A stretch of 64,000 nucleotides of DNA. Origin: Octopus sinensis (Eukaryota). Positions 40,101 through 54,200 of the stretch are shown here, piece after piece. The stretch is from the NCBI RefSeq assembly GCF_006345805.1, contig NC_042997.1:129394001-129458000 (forward strand). The letters run 5' to 3'. A program made the position numbers and the translations under genes. Numbering within the stretch: position 1 is the first letter of the stretch; the number at the start of each line of letters is the position of its first letter. Below the pieces are notes generated by a model. That model did no database searches. It worked only from the letters and a program-made list of their open reading frames with translations, and was not told the origin of the DNA.

Positions 40101-43100
40101 TCTTGAATGAAAGGCAAGTGTTATTGTTCTGCATAGATTTTATTTAGATGTCCTGTTAGACTATTCTCAAACAGACAGCATAGAATTGCTCTAATTTGAA
40201 CAATATTATTGTTCTCCAAAAATATACTAACATTTGGAAATATAAACTAGAATCCTCTGCCTGAAGAGACTGAAGCTAGAATAACAAACACAAAAATTAT
40301 ACTTTGAAGACAGCGAATTACTACAGGAGTCATCATATCTAAACAATCAAATATAGAGAGACACTCAAAGGCTGCACTCTCTAGCTATGTCACTGGGTCT
40401 TCTACTTGGCTCTGGGTAAATTGAAGCCTTCCAACTGAAAGAAGCCTGATGTGTGTGAGTATGCATGCATAATGAGTGTGTGTATGTGTATGAATGTGTT
40501 TATGTATCTCTATAGATATAAACGGCAAAATGTCTGTGTGTGTGTGCATGTCCTTTATACAAATCCACAATTTTTCAGTTAGAGGGCTCACACTTTCTAT
40601 GGTCATTCAAAACCGTCCAAGGGTGGTCGTGCACATCTTTACATTTCCTCAGTCACCCTGTAAAGCCATTAAAAAAATCAATATAAATGACTTTTTTGTG
40701 AATTTTTTATCGAAAACCCAATCAAAATGCCCGAAACTTGATACGCCAATTGAATGCCAGCTAGCTGTATGTGATTGGTCGGAGATTTGGACAGTACTCG
40801 AGTGTATGTGCGCACGCACGCAGCTGTATATGCATGCACTAGCACTATGACCTGGCGTTGCTGGGTCACAGTGCTAGTTTTTATACATTTTCACACTGTA
40901 TGGAAGTTATTTGCTTCATGTCTTCAAAGATGCATGAAATAAGAAAATCCTTGCTTGACAAACAGGTAAGGGATAGTGACAAGAAAGGCATCCAGCTGTA
41001 AAACAATGCCTCGATAATATATACATCTGATCCATACTAGCATAAAAAAGCAGACTTAAAATAAATGAACAAATGAATATTCATATATTCTACACACCTG
41101 CCACAAATGATCCAGATATTGGACATATGATGTTATTCCTTTGTCTGTATGACGATTGGCACCAGTCAATATTAATTGCACATCCAACTGCAAATAGAAA
41201 ATGAAGACATTAATAATTTCACAGAAGACAGAAACTAATATGTGATTTGTGTATACAACTAGCTGACATTTGTAAGTGATATGTAAACATAACTACTCTT
41301 TTACTTGTTTCAGTCATTTGACTGCAGCCATGCTGGAGCACCGCCTTTAGTCGAGCAAATTGACCCCAGGACTTATCCTTTGTAAGCTTAGTACTTATTT
41401 TATCGGTCTCTTTTGCCGAACTGCTAAGTTACAGGGACATAAACACACCAGCATCAGTTGTCAAGCGATGTTGGGGGGACAAACAGACACACACATACAT
41501 ATATATACATATATACGATGGGCTTCTTTCAGTTTCTGTCTCACAAGGCTATAGTAGAAGACACTTGTCCAAGGTGCCACGCAGTGGGACTGAACCCCAA
41601 ACCATGTGGTTCATAAGCAAGCTACTTACCACACAGCCACTCCTACGCCTGTATGACATTTGTGACATAGATACTAATAACATGTCTTATATACAATTAG
41701 ATAACATTTACAACATTGGCACTTGGTAATATGAATATACAACTAGGATGCATTACTTTCAAAGTAATATAAAAAGACACAACACACAACCAGTCCATGT
41801 GTTGTAAAAGCACTAGGTAAGTGTAATGTATACACACCTAAGTGATAGTTCTCATATAAACACTATGTATTTAAGGTCTATCATGAGCCCAAGGACTCAC
41901 AAGGTGGGAACTTAAACTGGTTTCCATGGCATATTGGGATTACAACAGACCAGCATCCAATGAATGGGATGCTGGTCTGTTGCAGGGTTAACTTTCCAGC
42001 TAATGCTGGAATTCTTTTATAGCTGAATAGATTGGGGTAATGTGAAATAAAATGTTTTGCTCAAGAATACAATGCACCAATCTGTTGCCCAGGAATCAGA
42101 ACTGTGATCTTGCATCTGTCAGTGTAACACTTTAATTACTAGGCAATGTACCTTCACTAAGTGATATGTACATAGAACATATTTCTGTAGATCTAACTCA
42201 TTAACAATCTCTTGTATAATTTGTTATATTTAGCAATGACAATACAACATATAGTTCAAATCTATAGGAAAATACGCGGAACTGGAGAGTTGTGATGAAA
42301 TTGTAAAACTAAAATAAACAGGCATGACTGTGTGGTAAGAAGTTTGCTTCCCAACCACATGGTTCTGGGTTCAGTCCCACTGCGTGGCACCTTGGTTAAG
42401 TGAAACTGAGAGAAGCCTGTCATATATGTGTGTGTGTGACTTTGTGTCTGTGTTTGTCTCCTGCCACCGAGTGACCACTGGTGATGGTGTGTTTATGTCC
42501 CTGTAATTTAGTGGTTCATCAAAAGGGACTGATAGAATAAGTACCAGGCTTAAAAAAAAAGTACTGAAAACTGCTCAAGGCAGTGCCCCAGTATGGCTGC
42601 AGTCTAATGACTGAAAGAATAAAATATATAAAAAGTAAAGATGGTAAGTACCTTGAATAGTTTACGAAGGTAGGACTGGTGAGCACGAGATAAAACAGGG
42701 TATCCCTTTTTATTAGTTAAAAATAAACTAGTAGACAAAGAAATAGCTTTGATGGGCTCAGATAACCATCGTTCTAACACATCATCATCTGGTAGGTCAG
42801 CAGTTAATTCTAAGACAATGCCCAGTTTTTTGTTTGGTTCACATAATGTTCGGAATGTGTGCCACCTAAAAAAGGAAGATAAGAAACAAGAATAAGAAAA
42901 TGGTGCTTCAAGACATATTTTATAATTATCATCAACCATATCCCTCTTTACTATCATCACCATCATATCATCATCATTGACATTATCCTCCTCCTCTGCC
43001 GCTGCCACCATGAAACATCCCCTCTACCACCATCATGAAACATTCAACCCTATCACTGCACCCACATTCCATCATCAGCATTACCAAAACTCTTGGATTA

Positions 43101-46100
43101 TGTGTTGTGGATATAAAACAGATGAAGATATTAATAAATAGCATCAAAAAATGCAAAATCATTACATGACAGGGTACAGAAAGGGTTTGAGGTGAAAATT
43201 GGCAGTTTAGCAACCCTGAGTTGCTTAAGGGAAAATTAGGAGTTGTGCTTTTGAGTGAGACAGACTCTCACATAGTATTACTTCTTCATGACTGAGTGGT
43301 TAGTGGTAGGAAAGACAATTTAATTGCTTTAATAATACACAATTTTTCACAATTACAACATCTCACCCAAAATAACACAATACATTTTTTTCATCAAATG
43401 GATTAAAGAAAACTATCTGGAAGTCAACACATTTAATTCCAGTCATTGGACTGCTCCAATCATTGTTGTCATCGTTTTCATCATCAAACGTTTGTTTTCC
43501 ATGCTGGTATGGGTTAGATAATGAAGGATGGAAAATGGATGGATGTTAAGAGAGACAGAGTTAACTGGTTTTTATATTTGATGGAAATGTTTGAACTTAC
43601 ATGGAACAAACATGACATTGGATTAGAGCAGAAACCAACTAAGTTCTGGTGAGAGATAGTCTATGAAAGTTACAGATGAACAGTATAGAAGCACTACTGC
43701 TGATTTGTTGTAACCATGACATTGAAAATATATAAGAAAGTATCCACCTACCAGTACCAGGTATTGTAGTCACGGTGATCTCTGTCAATTTCTTCATCTA
43801 TTCCTTCAATAAGGTTTTCTGTTTGGAATTCAGGAGCGATGAGAGGTACTTGGATCCAGTATTGCTGGAAGAACACAAAACAAACATCAAAGTTATGTTA
43901 CTAATGTTGGAAATATACTACCAAAATACAGTTGAGTTCTTGAATATTTAGAATTTTAGCTTTAGTTGTCATCATCATTATTATTAGGAAGGTGGTAAAC
44001 AGGCAGAATTGATAGAACATCGGATAAAATTGGGGTATTTATTCTGCCTCTTTACATTCAGAGTTCAGTTCCTGCTGGGATCAACTTTACCTTTCATCTC
44101 TCTTGGTCAATAAAAGTACCAATCAAGTACTGGGGTTGATAGTATCAACTAATGCCCTTTTCTCAAAACTGCTGGTTAAGTGACCCAATCAGATACTATT
44201 ATTACTACTACTATTATTTCACTGAAAGAGGAAATAAGATATTATGATGGTTATACTTTTCTCAAGAACATTAGCTATGAAATAAAGAGAATTACTTTTA
44301 AGAAGTTGCTTGCAAGTTACCTGAGCCGTGTTTCACTGTGTTCACAGCTGCCACCACCACCACCTTCATCATCATCTTTTAGATAATGTAAGTGAAGAAT
44401 AACTAAACACCTAATCAGAATTAGTTTTGTTCATACAGAGTTTAAATTTCACCTGGGGGAAATTTGTAGTTGAGGGCTGGTTTTGCAGATCCATCAAAAC
44501 TGTCAAATGTATTTCAAAATAGGAAAACAGGCTTCAGAAAAACCTTAAGACAGAGGATTATATATAAAATGTATTTCATAATTCACAAATCCTCTGTTCT
44601 CTGTTTCAGTTTAATCCGTCATGTTTTAAGGGTCAATAAATTAGTACCTATAATATTAGATTAAAATAGCCTTACTGTTTGTACAGAGGAAAGTGTCCCA
44701 CACACTGTTGAAACAGGGGTAAGAGTATCTCCTGTCTTATAATTTAACTTGGTAAAAGTAACTACTAGCTAGAGTGCAATTATTAAAATAAAAGACCATC
44801 ATTGGTTAAATTATTCTAAAGTGGAATTGAAGCCATTCCTGTTACTTACTTGCTGCCAGTAAGAATGGATCATATGTGTATTGAGAATGCGAGTCATATT
44901 AGTTACTTTATTGTTCTGAAGCTCTATAATCATCACAGGTACACTCAAATACGTTGCCCATGTAAGTTCTTGTTTAAATGCCTGGAAAATAGAAAACAAA
45001 AAAAAATGGTTTTACAAACTTTTCTTTAGCTGATATTTTATAACGTTCAGTTTTAGAAAACTTGCTTTCTCCCATTTATTCTCTTCATTTAGCAACCTTT
45101 CATAGTAACATCTCCAAGTCTCTCTCCTTGCAGCCTCATTAAATGCAAGTGAATGGTCATCCATGTGGATACATTTCTCTCCTATGACATATATTATTTT
45201 CTGGTTGTAATGTAGTAATTTGGGTATGCTGTGTAGGTTGCAAGAAGGGTGTATAACATGGTAATTAGGACGTGTTGTGTGGGGTGTAGAGTGAAAGTTA
45301 GGTATTGTGTAGGAGTTCACTGTAGTATTATGTGTATGTTGTCTTGACACACACATTACAATGGCATTGGTTGAACTCAAACAGCTCAGTGTACTGGTGG
45401 TAACATTGTTAACAACCAAAAGATGATCATCAGTGATGTGAGAAACAATGATGATCAGTGCCAGTCTAACACCAATAATAATCAAGACTATTCAGTATCG
45501 TTGATGGTCAGTGTAGCTCTCTCATCCGGCACAAGTGAAATATGACTTAAAATTATATGAAGAGAGAAATGTGATATAAACTCCATATTATATGAAAATG
45601 AAAAGAAAATGTAGTATTATATGTTTCTGGTATTATATCAAGAGGGACAAAAATGTCATAATAAACACTGGTAGCAAAAACCAAACATTTTACTGAATAC
45701 AAAATTTTCTTTCTGCTCTCACTAACCTGTTCTGAATTTCTACGTATTTCTTCATTAGTCGAATCAATTTGCAGCCAAGGGGAAATCTTTAAGCCAATGA
45801 ACATACTCCAGTCTACAATAAAAGTATGAAAGAATAATTGGATAAAAATATCCAGGGGCATCTGTTGCATGAAAAACAAATAGTGAAATAGATGCTAACA
45901 AACTAGTGAGCAAAGAAATTTTAATTTATTAAAAGTGCAACTAAATGAAGAGAAAAAAAAATCATTATCTTAATGATTGGTTCTTCATTCAATTTTAAAT
46001 AAATTTAAATTCCACAGTTGTCTCTCCTGTCTTTTTTTATCAGAATTAATCATGAAGCTAATGGAATTTTTCTCTCCAAGAGCAATTTCAACTAATTAAA

Positions 46101-49100
46101 ATTTCTTGGCTCACTATACATTATGTTAACACCTACTTTACAATAAAACTAGCTGGATATGTGGTGAGTTCTGTTATACCTATGGATCAAATTAATGTTC
46201 TTGAAATTTGATGTTATGTTGCTAACAAGTCAAAACAATTTGTAAAAAAGATGCTGTTACACTAGTTTTAATAAACAAACAACCATTAAGTCATTTCCAA
46301 GTTTTAATACATGAAGCTGAATGAGATTAAGAACCTCCTTCAACAATATTATTTCAAGAAGTCAGAAACTTACCAATTGTCATATCTTTGTTTTCCAAAG
46401 AAACAACAGAAGCAAGACTAAAAGAAAGCCCTCTTCCTAATGTCATATTCTGTGTTGGTAAGAAATGAAATCAACAACCAATATTCTTTTCCACTCTAGG
46501 CACAAAGCCTGAAATGTTGGGGGAAGGAGCTGGTCAATTAGCTCACCCCAGTATGCAACTGATACTTAATTTATTGACCCCGAAAGGATGAAAGGCAAAG
46601 TTGATCTTGGCGGAATTTGAACCCAGAACATTAAAAAAAAAAAAAAGACTCCGCCGGTTACGACGACGAGGGTCCCAGCTGATACGATCAACGGAACAGC
46701 TTGCTCGTGAAATTAACGTGCAAATGGCTGAGCATTCCACAGACACGTGTACCCTTAACGTAGTTCTCGGGGATAATCAGCGTGACACAGAGAGTGACAA
46801 GGCTGACCCTTTGAAATACAAGTACAACTCATTTTTGCCAGCTGAGTGGACTGGAGCAACGTGAAATAAAGTGTCTTGCTGAAGGACACAACGCGTCGCC
46901 GGGAATCGAACTCACAACCTTACGATCATGAGCCGAATGCCCTAACCACTAAGCCACGCGCCCTCACACCCAGAACATAAAGACAGATTAAATACCGTTA
47001 AGCATTTTATCCGGCATGCTAACGTTTCTGCCAGCTTGCCACCTTAAATCAACAACCAATATTACTTAATCAAATTAAAAATCAACCCACATGTTTGTGG
47101 CAGCAGTTGGAGACTATCATCTCAGTTCAACTCCCATTGCAGTTATTGCCAAGACTGATAAATACTTGTACTATATTAGTTTCAAATTTTAGTAAAAGGC
47201 CAGCAATTTTGAGGGATGGAGTTAGTTGATTACATCGATATCAGTGCTCAACTGGCATCATTTTATTGAAGAATGAAAGGCAAAGTTGACTTCAGCAGCA
47301 TTTGAACTCAACATAAAAATGGATTAAATGCCACTAAGCATTTTGCCAAGGATGCAAGCGATTCTGCTGGCTATCCACCTTAATTATTTATTTATTTATG
47401 TGCCCTTTTTAAAGCCTAGCCAGGTTCATGGGCCCGGTTTCCCGGTTTCTATGGCATATGAGTTTCCCCCAGCTGGACGGGATGCCAGTCCATCACAGCA
47501 TTACTCAAGAAACAGGAAGAAAGAGTGAGAGAGAAAGTTGGAGTGAAAGAGTACAACAGGGGTTGCCACCAACCCCTGCCAGAGCCTCATGGAGGTTTAG
47601 GTGTTTTTGCTCAATAAACACACACAACGCCCGGTCTGGGAATCGAAACCGCGATCCTCTGACCGTGAGTCTGCTGCCCTAGCCACTGGGCCATTGCGCC
47701 TCCACATCCACCTTAATTGCTTGTAATATATTAGAATTAACTTAAGTAACAATATCTCTTCCTCTATTATCAGGCAATAATGGAAACAGTTTTGTACTGT
47801 CAACCTGCCCTTTAAGATTATCAATAACTCTGATATATCATATAATGATATAAGTGATTAGAGAGTGAGGAGGATAAATGAATGGGAGGTAAAAGGAAGT
47901 GGGGAAGAAACAGGTAATTAGCATTTATAGATAATCATTATTTAATGCAGTTAAGATAGTGTTTGAAGATTACACTGCAAACAAAGAGAACAGAAGTTAA
48001 AAATTAAAAAGAAAAAATGGTTATATAAAGGTATGTCATAATTATACAAAAATTGCTTTGCTTACCATGGCTACTGAGTACAAGGTCTGATCTCGTTAAA
48101 GGGCCAGATCGCTTTTTACTGGGTCCACGAACAAATTCGCGTTTGTAGCGAGGATTCACAACAGGGATGCACAGAAAGTCAAAACTGGAAGATACAAATA
48201 TGTAAAATGAGGGGAGCTATTTTGATTGTCAATTGTATTTTAAATGAAATTATTAAATAATATATCATCCACATCATTATCATCATCGTTTAACGTCTGT
48301 TTTCCATGCTGGCATGGGTTGGACAGTTCAACTGAGGTCAGGGAAGCCAGGAGGCTGCAGCAGGCCCCAGTCTGATCAGGCAGCGTTTCTACAGCTGGAT
48401 GCCCTTCCAAACGCCAACCACTCCGAGAGAGTAGTGGGTGCTTTTTACATGCCACCGGCACAGGAAAGCTGGCACTGACCACGATTGGATGGTGCTTTTT
48501 ACATGCCACCAGCATGGAAGCCAGTCACAGCAGCACTGGCATCGGCCACATTCAGGGGTCACAACTACAATTTCCATTTGATTTGATTTTGATGTACTTG
48601 ACTCAATAGGTCTCCTCAAGCACGGAATGTTGCCCTATGATCCAAGGTACTTTTGAGTGGGCTGGTTATGTGACACTCGTGTAAGTTATAGCTGTGAACT
48701 CGCTTTATTTGCTAGGTCTTCTCAGTCACAACATATCTCAAGAGGTCTTGGCCTTTTGTCATTGCCTCTGTGAGGCCCAACGTTCGAAGGTCATAGTTCA
48801 CCACCTCATTCTATGTCTTCCTAGGTCTCCCTCTACTCCGGATTCCTTCCACAGTTTGGGAGTGGCAGTTCTTCACACAGCTCTCCTCGTCCATCCACAG
48901 TACATGACCATACCAAATATCTCTTTTGCACACCACATCCACTGCTTCTTATGTCTAACATTTCTCTCAGGGCGCTTTCTCTCTATCGTGTGTGCACACT
49001 GACATTACACATCCAGTGGATGATGCTAGCTTCATTTCTTTCGCGCTTACGCATGTCTTCAGCAGTCATGGCCCATGTTTATATATGCATATATATATAT

Positions 49101-51211
49101 ATATATATCTGACACAAGATCAACTTCATCATCTGACACAAGGTCACCTCGTCCAATGCTCCCTACTCTCTCAAAAGATTTTTGTCTTGCAAGTTACTTG
49201 GTGATCTTATCACTTAAAAAGCATCCAGTCCACACAGTAAAGTGGTTGGCATTTGGAAGGGCATCCAGCTGTAAAATCCTTGCCAAAACTGACCTCGCCT
49301 GTGCTTGTGCCATGTAAAAAGCACTAAATCCACTCTACTGGGTAGTTAGTGTTAGGAAAGGCTGATCTGTCAGTGTTTCTACAGCTGGATGCCCTTCCTA
49401 ACGCCATCTACTCTGAGAGTGTAGTGGGTGCTTTTTTACATGCCACCGCACAGGGGCCAGAGGGGGCTGGCATTGACCACGATCCGATGGTGCTTTTTAT
49501 GTGCCACTGGCTCGGGAGCCAGTCAAGGCGGTGCAGGCATCAGCCATGTTTGGATGGTGTTTTTTTACATGCCACCGGCACAGGAGCCAGTCTGTAAAGG
49601 AAAAATATATAAACACTGAGACAAGTTGAATTAAAATTAAAAACTGGCTAGTTTAAATCGTCTATACCCATAGAAACTGGTATTAAAACAAATACAGAGA
49701 ATGAGAAAGTTTTTATCAGAAATAAGCTGTTACAAGTGATCAAAATGAGAAGGAAAATAAAGATTAAGATGAAAATTTATATAAGGGCAAATGAGTGTCA
49801 CTGATACATAAAAAGAATAAAGATATCACAGAGAGGATCCTTTAGTCTTGTCAGGGATAAGACAGCCTTTTTAGTGTTGTTGCAATAATAATAATATGCA
49901 CCCAGTGCATTCTGTAAAATGGTTGTCAAATGAAAGGAGACAATGTAGAGTAGAGAGGCTAAGGACATAACCTCACCAGTGCTGGTGCTACAATAAAAAG
50001 CACCCAATACACTTTGTAAAGTGGTTGACATTAGGAAAGACATCCAGCAGTAGAAAACTTGTCAAAAATGAATTGTATGACTGAGATGTGGTCCCTGATT
50101 TATTTAGGGTAGCAGTAACTCGAAATAAGAACTGACACAGTCTATGAAGATCTGTCAGCATGAAGAAGCAAATGTAAAATGATGATATGAGGGTGGATGG
50201 CACAGAAAAGAGCATTATGTTAAGAAAAAAGGTCCAAGACAAAGAGGTGACCACACAATGAGGAGAATAGATGAGGTGGCAGCATTGATTGGGGTGATAT
50301 CTCTGAATCTGCTCCATACATGTAGGAGGAATAAGTAGGATCAGAGATTACATAACCATGAAATTGCAAGAAGTGAAACATAACATGAGAACTTATAGAA
50401 AGAACTAAATATAAAGAAACCCCAGGTTAAATATTCCTCTCAGCTTAGATGTTGAATAGAACCAGATCAATTGCTTACATTCAGAGATGCTACAATTCAA
50501 AATAAAATTGGTTAGTTATCTTTATCCCATATTTACAGAGATATACCACAGACTCGTGTATCTCAACAATAGCAACTAAAACTGAAGGCATAGCAATGTG
50601 TGAGCCATCTTTTATCAAATGCGTTCAAGCTTTAACTATTAACTTGTAGCTTTACAAGACTGTAATTAATTTAATTACAACTATTTAGGAGAGACACCTG
50701 AATATAACCTAGGTGTTCTAAGTAATTGTACATTCCTGTTATATTTCCCAGCTTGTCACCTGGTAAAGAAGAAATTGCTCTTATATTTAAAAACTGCCCC
50801 ATTGAAATTCACATTGAAACATCATGGTGATACCCCACCATATCCACAGAAACTACTGATGGCAGTGACTAAAAGACTTTTAAAAACTGTGTAAGTTATG
50901 TCTGAGGAGACTAAAAGTTGAGTAACTGATATTAGACAGACATTAAGAACAACAATTTGAAGAAAAAAAAGAACAATGGCCCATTGATAATTTCTCATGA
51001 GCCACTAATATTCAGATGATGTATAATGTTTCATATTTGAGGAGCAGGCATGGGTGTGTAGTTAAGAAGCTTAGTTCCCAACCATGTGGTTGTGGGTTCT
51101 TTGGTTTCAGTTCCACTGTATGACACTTTGGGCAAGTATCTTCTTCAATAGCACTATGCCAACCAAATCTTGTGAGTGGATTTGGTAGATGGTAACTGAA
51201 AGAAGCCCATG

Positions 51212-51243
<32 letters not shown>

Positions 51244-54200
51244 CATGCATGCATGCATGTATGTATGTATGTATGTAGGGGGAGAATTCACAAAAAATCC
51301 AAAAGACGAAGACAGGTGGTGTAGTCTTTAATGTTTCGAGCCTACACTCTTCCACAGAAAGAAACAAAGAGAGAAAATATGAATGTATGTATGTATGAGT
51401 TAATGTGTGTGATAGTTGTAAATGAGCAGCATCATTACACAAGCAATGTCATTTGTTTCCAGTCTTCTGTGAAAAACATGTCAGGGCATGGGAGATATTA
51501 CCTTGCTTGGAAACAAGTGAGGGTTAGAGGCAAGTATGGGCATTTGACCATAGAAAATCTGCCTCAACAAATTCCATCTAATCCATGCAAGTATAGAAAA
51601 CCAAATGTTAAATGACGACAATGATGATTTATAGAAGTAGTTTAAGAATGGAATGTATAAGAGAAATATTGTTCAAGATAAGGAACTCTATTGCTATAGG
51701 AAAGCAAACAAATTAGTAAAAGAACTGCTGTGATAGTAATGGTAGATCACAGTAATTCCAACAGTTGTATTACAACTAGAAAGATTATTATTAATATAGA
51801 TGAGGCTCTTAATATTCATCATGAATTGGAGGAATAATATAATCCTTTCCACTACAGGCACAAAATCTTTAATTTTTTTTTGGAGGGGGGGGCTAGTCAA
51901 TTTTATTGACCCCCAGTATTTGACTGGTACTTACTTTATCAATCCCAAAAGGATGAAAAGCAAAGTCAACCCCAGTAGAATTTGAGATCTGAACATATAG
52001 ACAGACAAAATGCCACTAAGCATTTTGTCCAGCATGCTAGTGATTCTGCCAGCTCGCTGCCTTAATGGTAGGAATAATAACAATAATAATAACCCTTTCT
52101 ACTAAAGGCACAAGGCCTGAAGTTTTGGGGGAGGAGGCCAGTGTTTCACTGGTATTTGTCAACCATGAAAGGATCAAAGGCAAAGTTGACCTCAGCAGAA
52201 TTTGAACGTAAAATGCACCCACTACACTCATGGAGTGGTTGGTGTTAGGAAGGGCATCCAGCTGTAGAAACACTGCCAGATCAGACTGGAGCCTGGTGCG
52301 GCCTACTGGCTTTGCAGACCTCAGTCAAACCATGAAACCGTCCAACCCATGCTAGCATGGAAAATGGATGTTAAACGATGATGATGATGATGAACATCAA
52401 GGTAGATAAAATGCTTTTTAGAGCTGAAATTGACTTGCAAGCCTTTCACACACTACACATGTCAAATCACCGAGTCTAGGAGTAAAGATGTTGTATACAG
52501 TTGATCTTTTATATGAACAAAGATGGTTGACAGACCCAACCTTAAAATAGAGTACATGGCTACTTGTTTCACACCTCCAACACATTGTGCACTTCACTTT
52601 GCACATACATTACATACATTGCTAAGATCACATTTGCAGGTGATGTAAAGTCAATCATGTGAGCATTCTTAGATCTTGTTAACCTGTACCATATTAAGCC
52701 AGCTATCAGATAAACTAGACACAATCTGAGTTAAGAAGTTGACTATCAGTGTTGTAGGAGCATGTACTTTGGGTATGCCAGGTGAATACTTCATACTTAC
52801 CAGAGGTAGTAAAATCATTATAAATATTAAGTTCACTCAATAGTCATGTATTATGATGAGCAACTAATTTTTCTATTATCACTTTTTTCGTGCATACAGG
52901 CTTGTCCTTTCAGGTGCTAGTGCGACATAAAAAACACCCGGTGCTGGTGCTGCATAAATGCACTTGTGCCAGTGGCACATAAAAAGCACCCAGCACACTC
53001 TGTTAAGTGGTTGGCTTTAGGAAGGGCAACCAGCCATAGAAATCATGCCACAGCAGACAACTGGAGTCTGGATAGCTCCCAGCTGGCCAGCAGCATGTCA
53101 AACCATCTAACCCATGCCAGAATGGAAAACAGACATTAAATGATGAAGATGATACTCTTTACTCTTTTACTTGTTTCAGTCATTTGACTGTGGCCATGCT
53201 GGAGCACCGCCTTTAGTCGAGCAAATCGACCCCGGGACTTATTCTTTGTAAGCCCAGTACTTATTCTATTGGTCTCTTTTGCTGAACCGCTAAGTTACGG
53301 GGACGTAAACACACCAGCATCGATTGTCAAGTGTTGGGGGGACAAACACAGATACACAAATATATACATATATGACGGGCTTCTTTCAGTTTCTGTCTAC
53401 CAAATCCACTCACAAGGCTTTGGTTGGTGTGAGGCTATAGTAGAAGACACTTGCCCAAGGTGTCACGCAGTGGGACTGAACCTGGAACCATGTGGTTCGT
53501 AAGCAAACTACTTACCACACAGCCACTCCTATGATGATGTAATATTGTGACAGTTGTTCTGATATAACACTACACACCTCACAATTAGTTGTATCATGAT
53601 ATGTACTGGGCAGATACCAAAATAATGGGAGAGTGACAAAAATGAGGACTGTAAGTGACATTTCACCAATTTTGCCAGTACACAACCCCTTTATTATTTG
53701 CTTCTACACCTCTCCCTAAGAATTCTGACCCTCCTCAACTAACATCTTAATTCACCTACTTTTCTAATTCATTCATCCCTCACCTCTCCAATTCTTTCAG
53801 TCTATATTAGTCTATTATATAAGACTCATATTTGCTTCCCCATTCCTCTCTAATAAATACTATGAGAGAAGTTGCATATATAAATTCTGAAAACATTTCT
53901 TTTTGAGTAATATATTATTCAAAAGTTTAGCATAGTAATATTGTGCACACTGTGACTATAAACACCATTCACAACAAAATATGACAAAGGTTGCCTTGCA
54001 ATTTTCATAGGTATTTTAGTGATTAAGCACCCTTTAGCCTGTATTTTACATCATTACTTTAAGGAAGAATAATAAATTAAAGAAGACACATGTGAGCTTC
54101 TGGATAAACCAGAAACTGGAACTTAAAGAAAGAGATTGGCACATTTACAGTGAGAGTTTGTGAAGATTATAATGTTAAAAAATAAAGTTTTAGACACACA

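Noticed and set aside
46900-46967. Functional tRNA genes at SINE heads (also 47640-47706, 54311-54380, 57670-57735)
   Set aside because: They have A/B boxes but no complete acceptor-stem pairing, and they run directly into SINE bodies.
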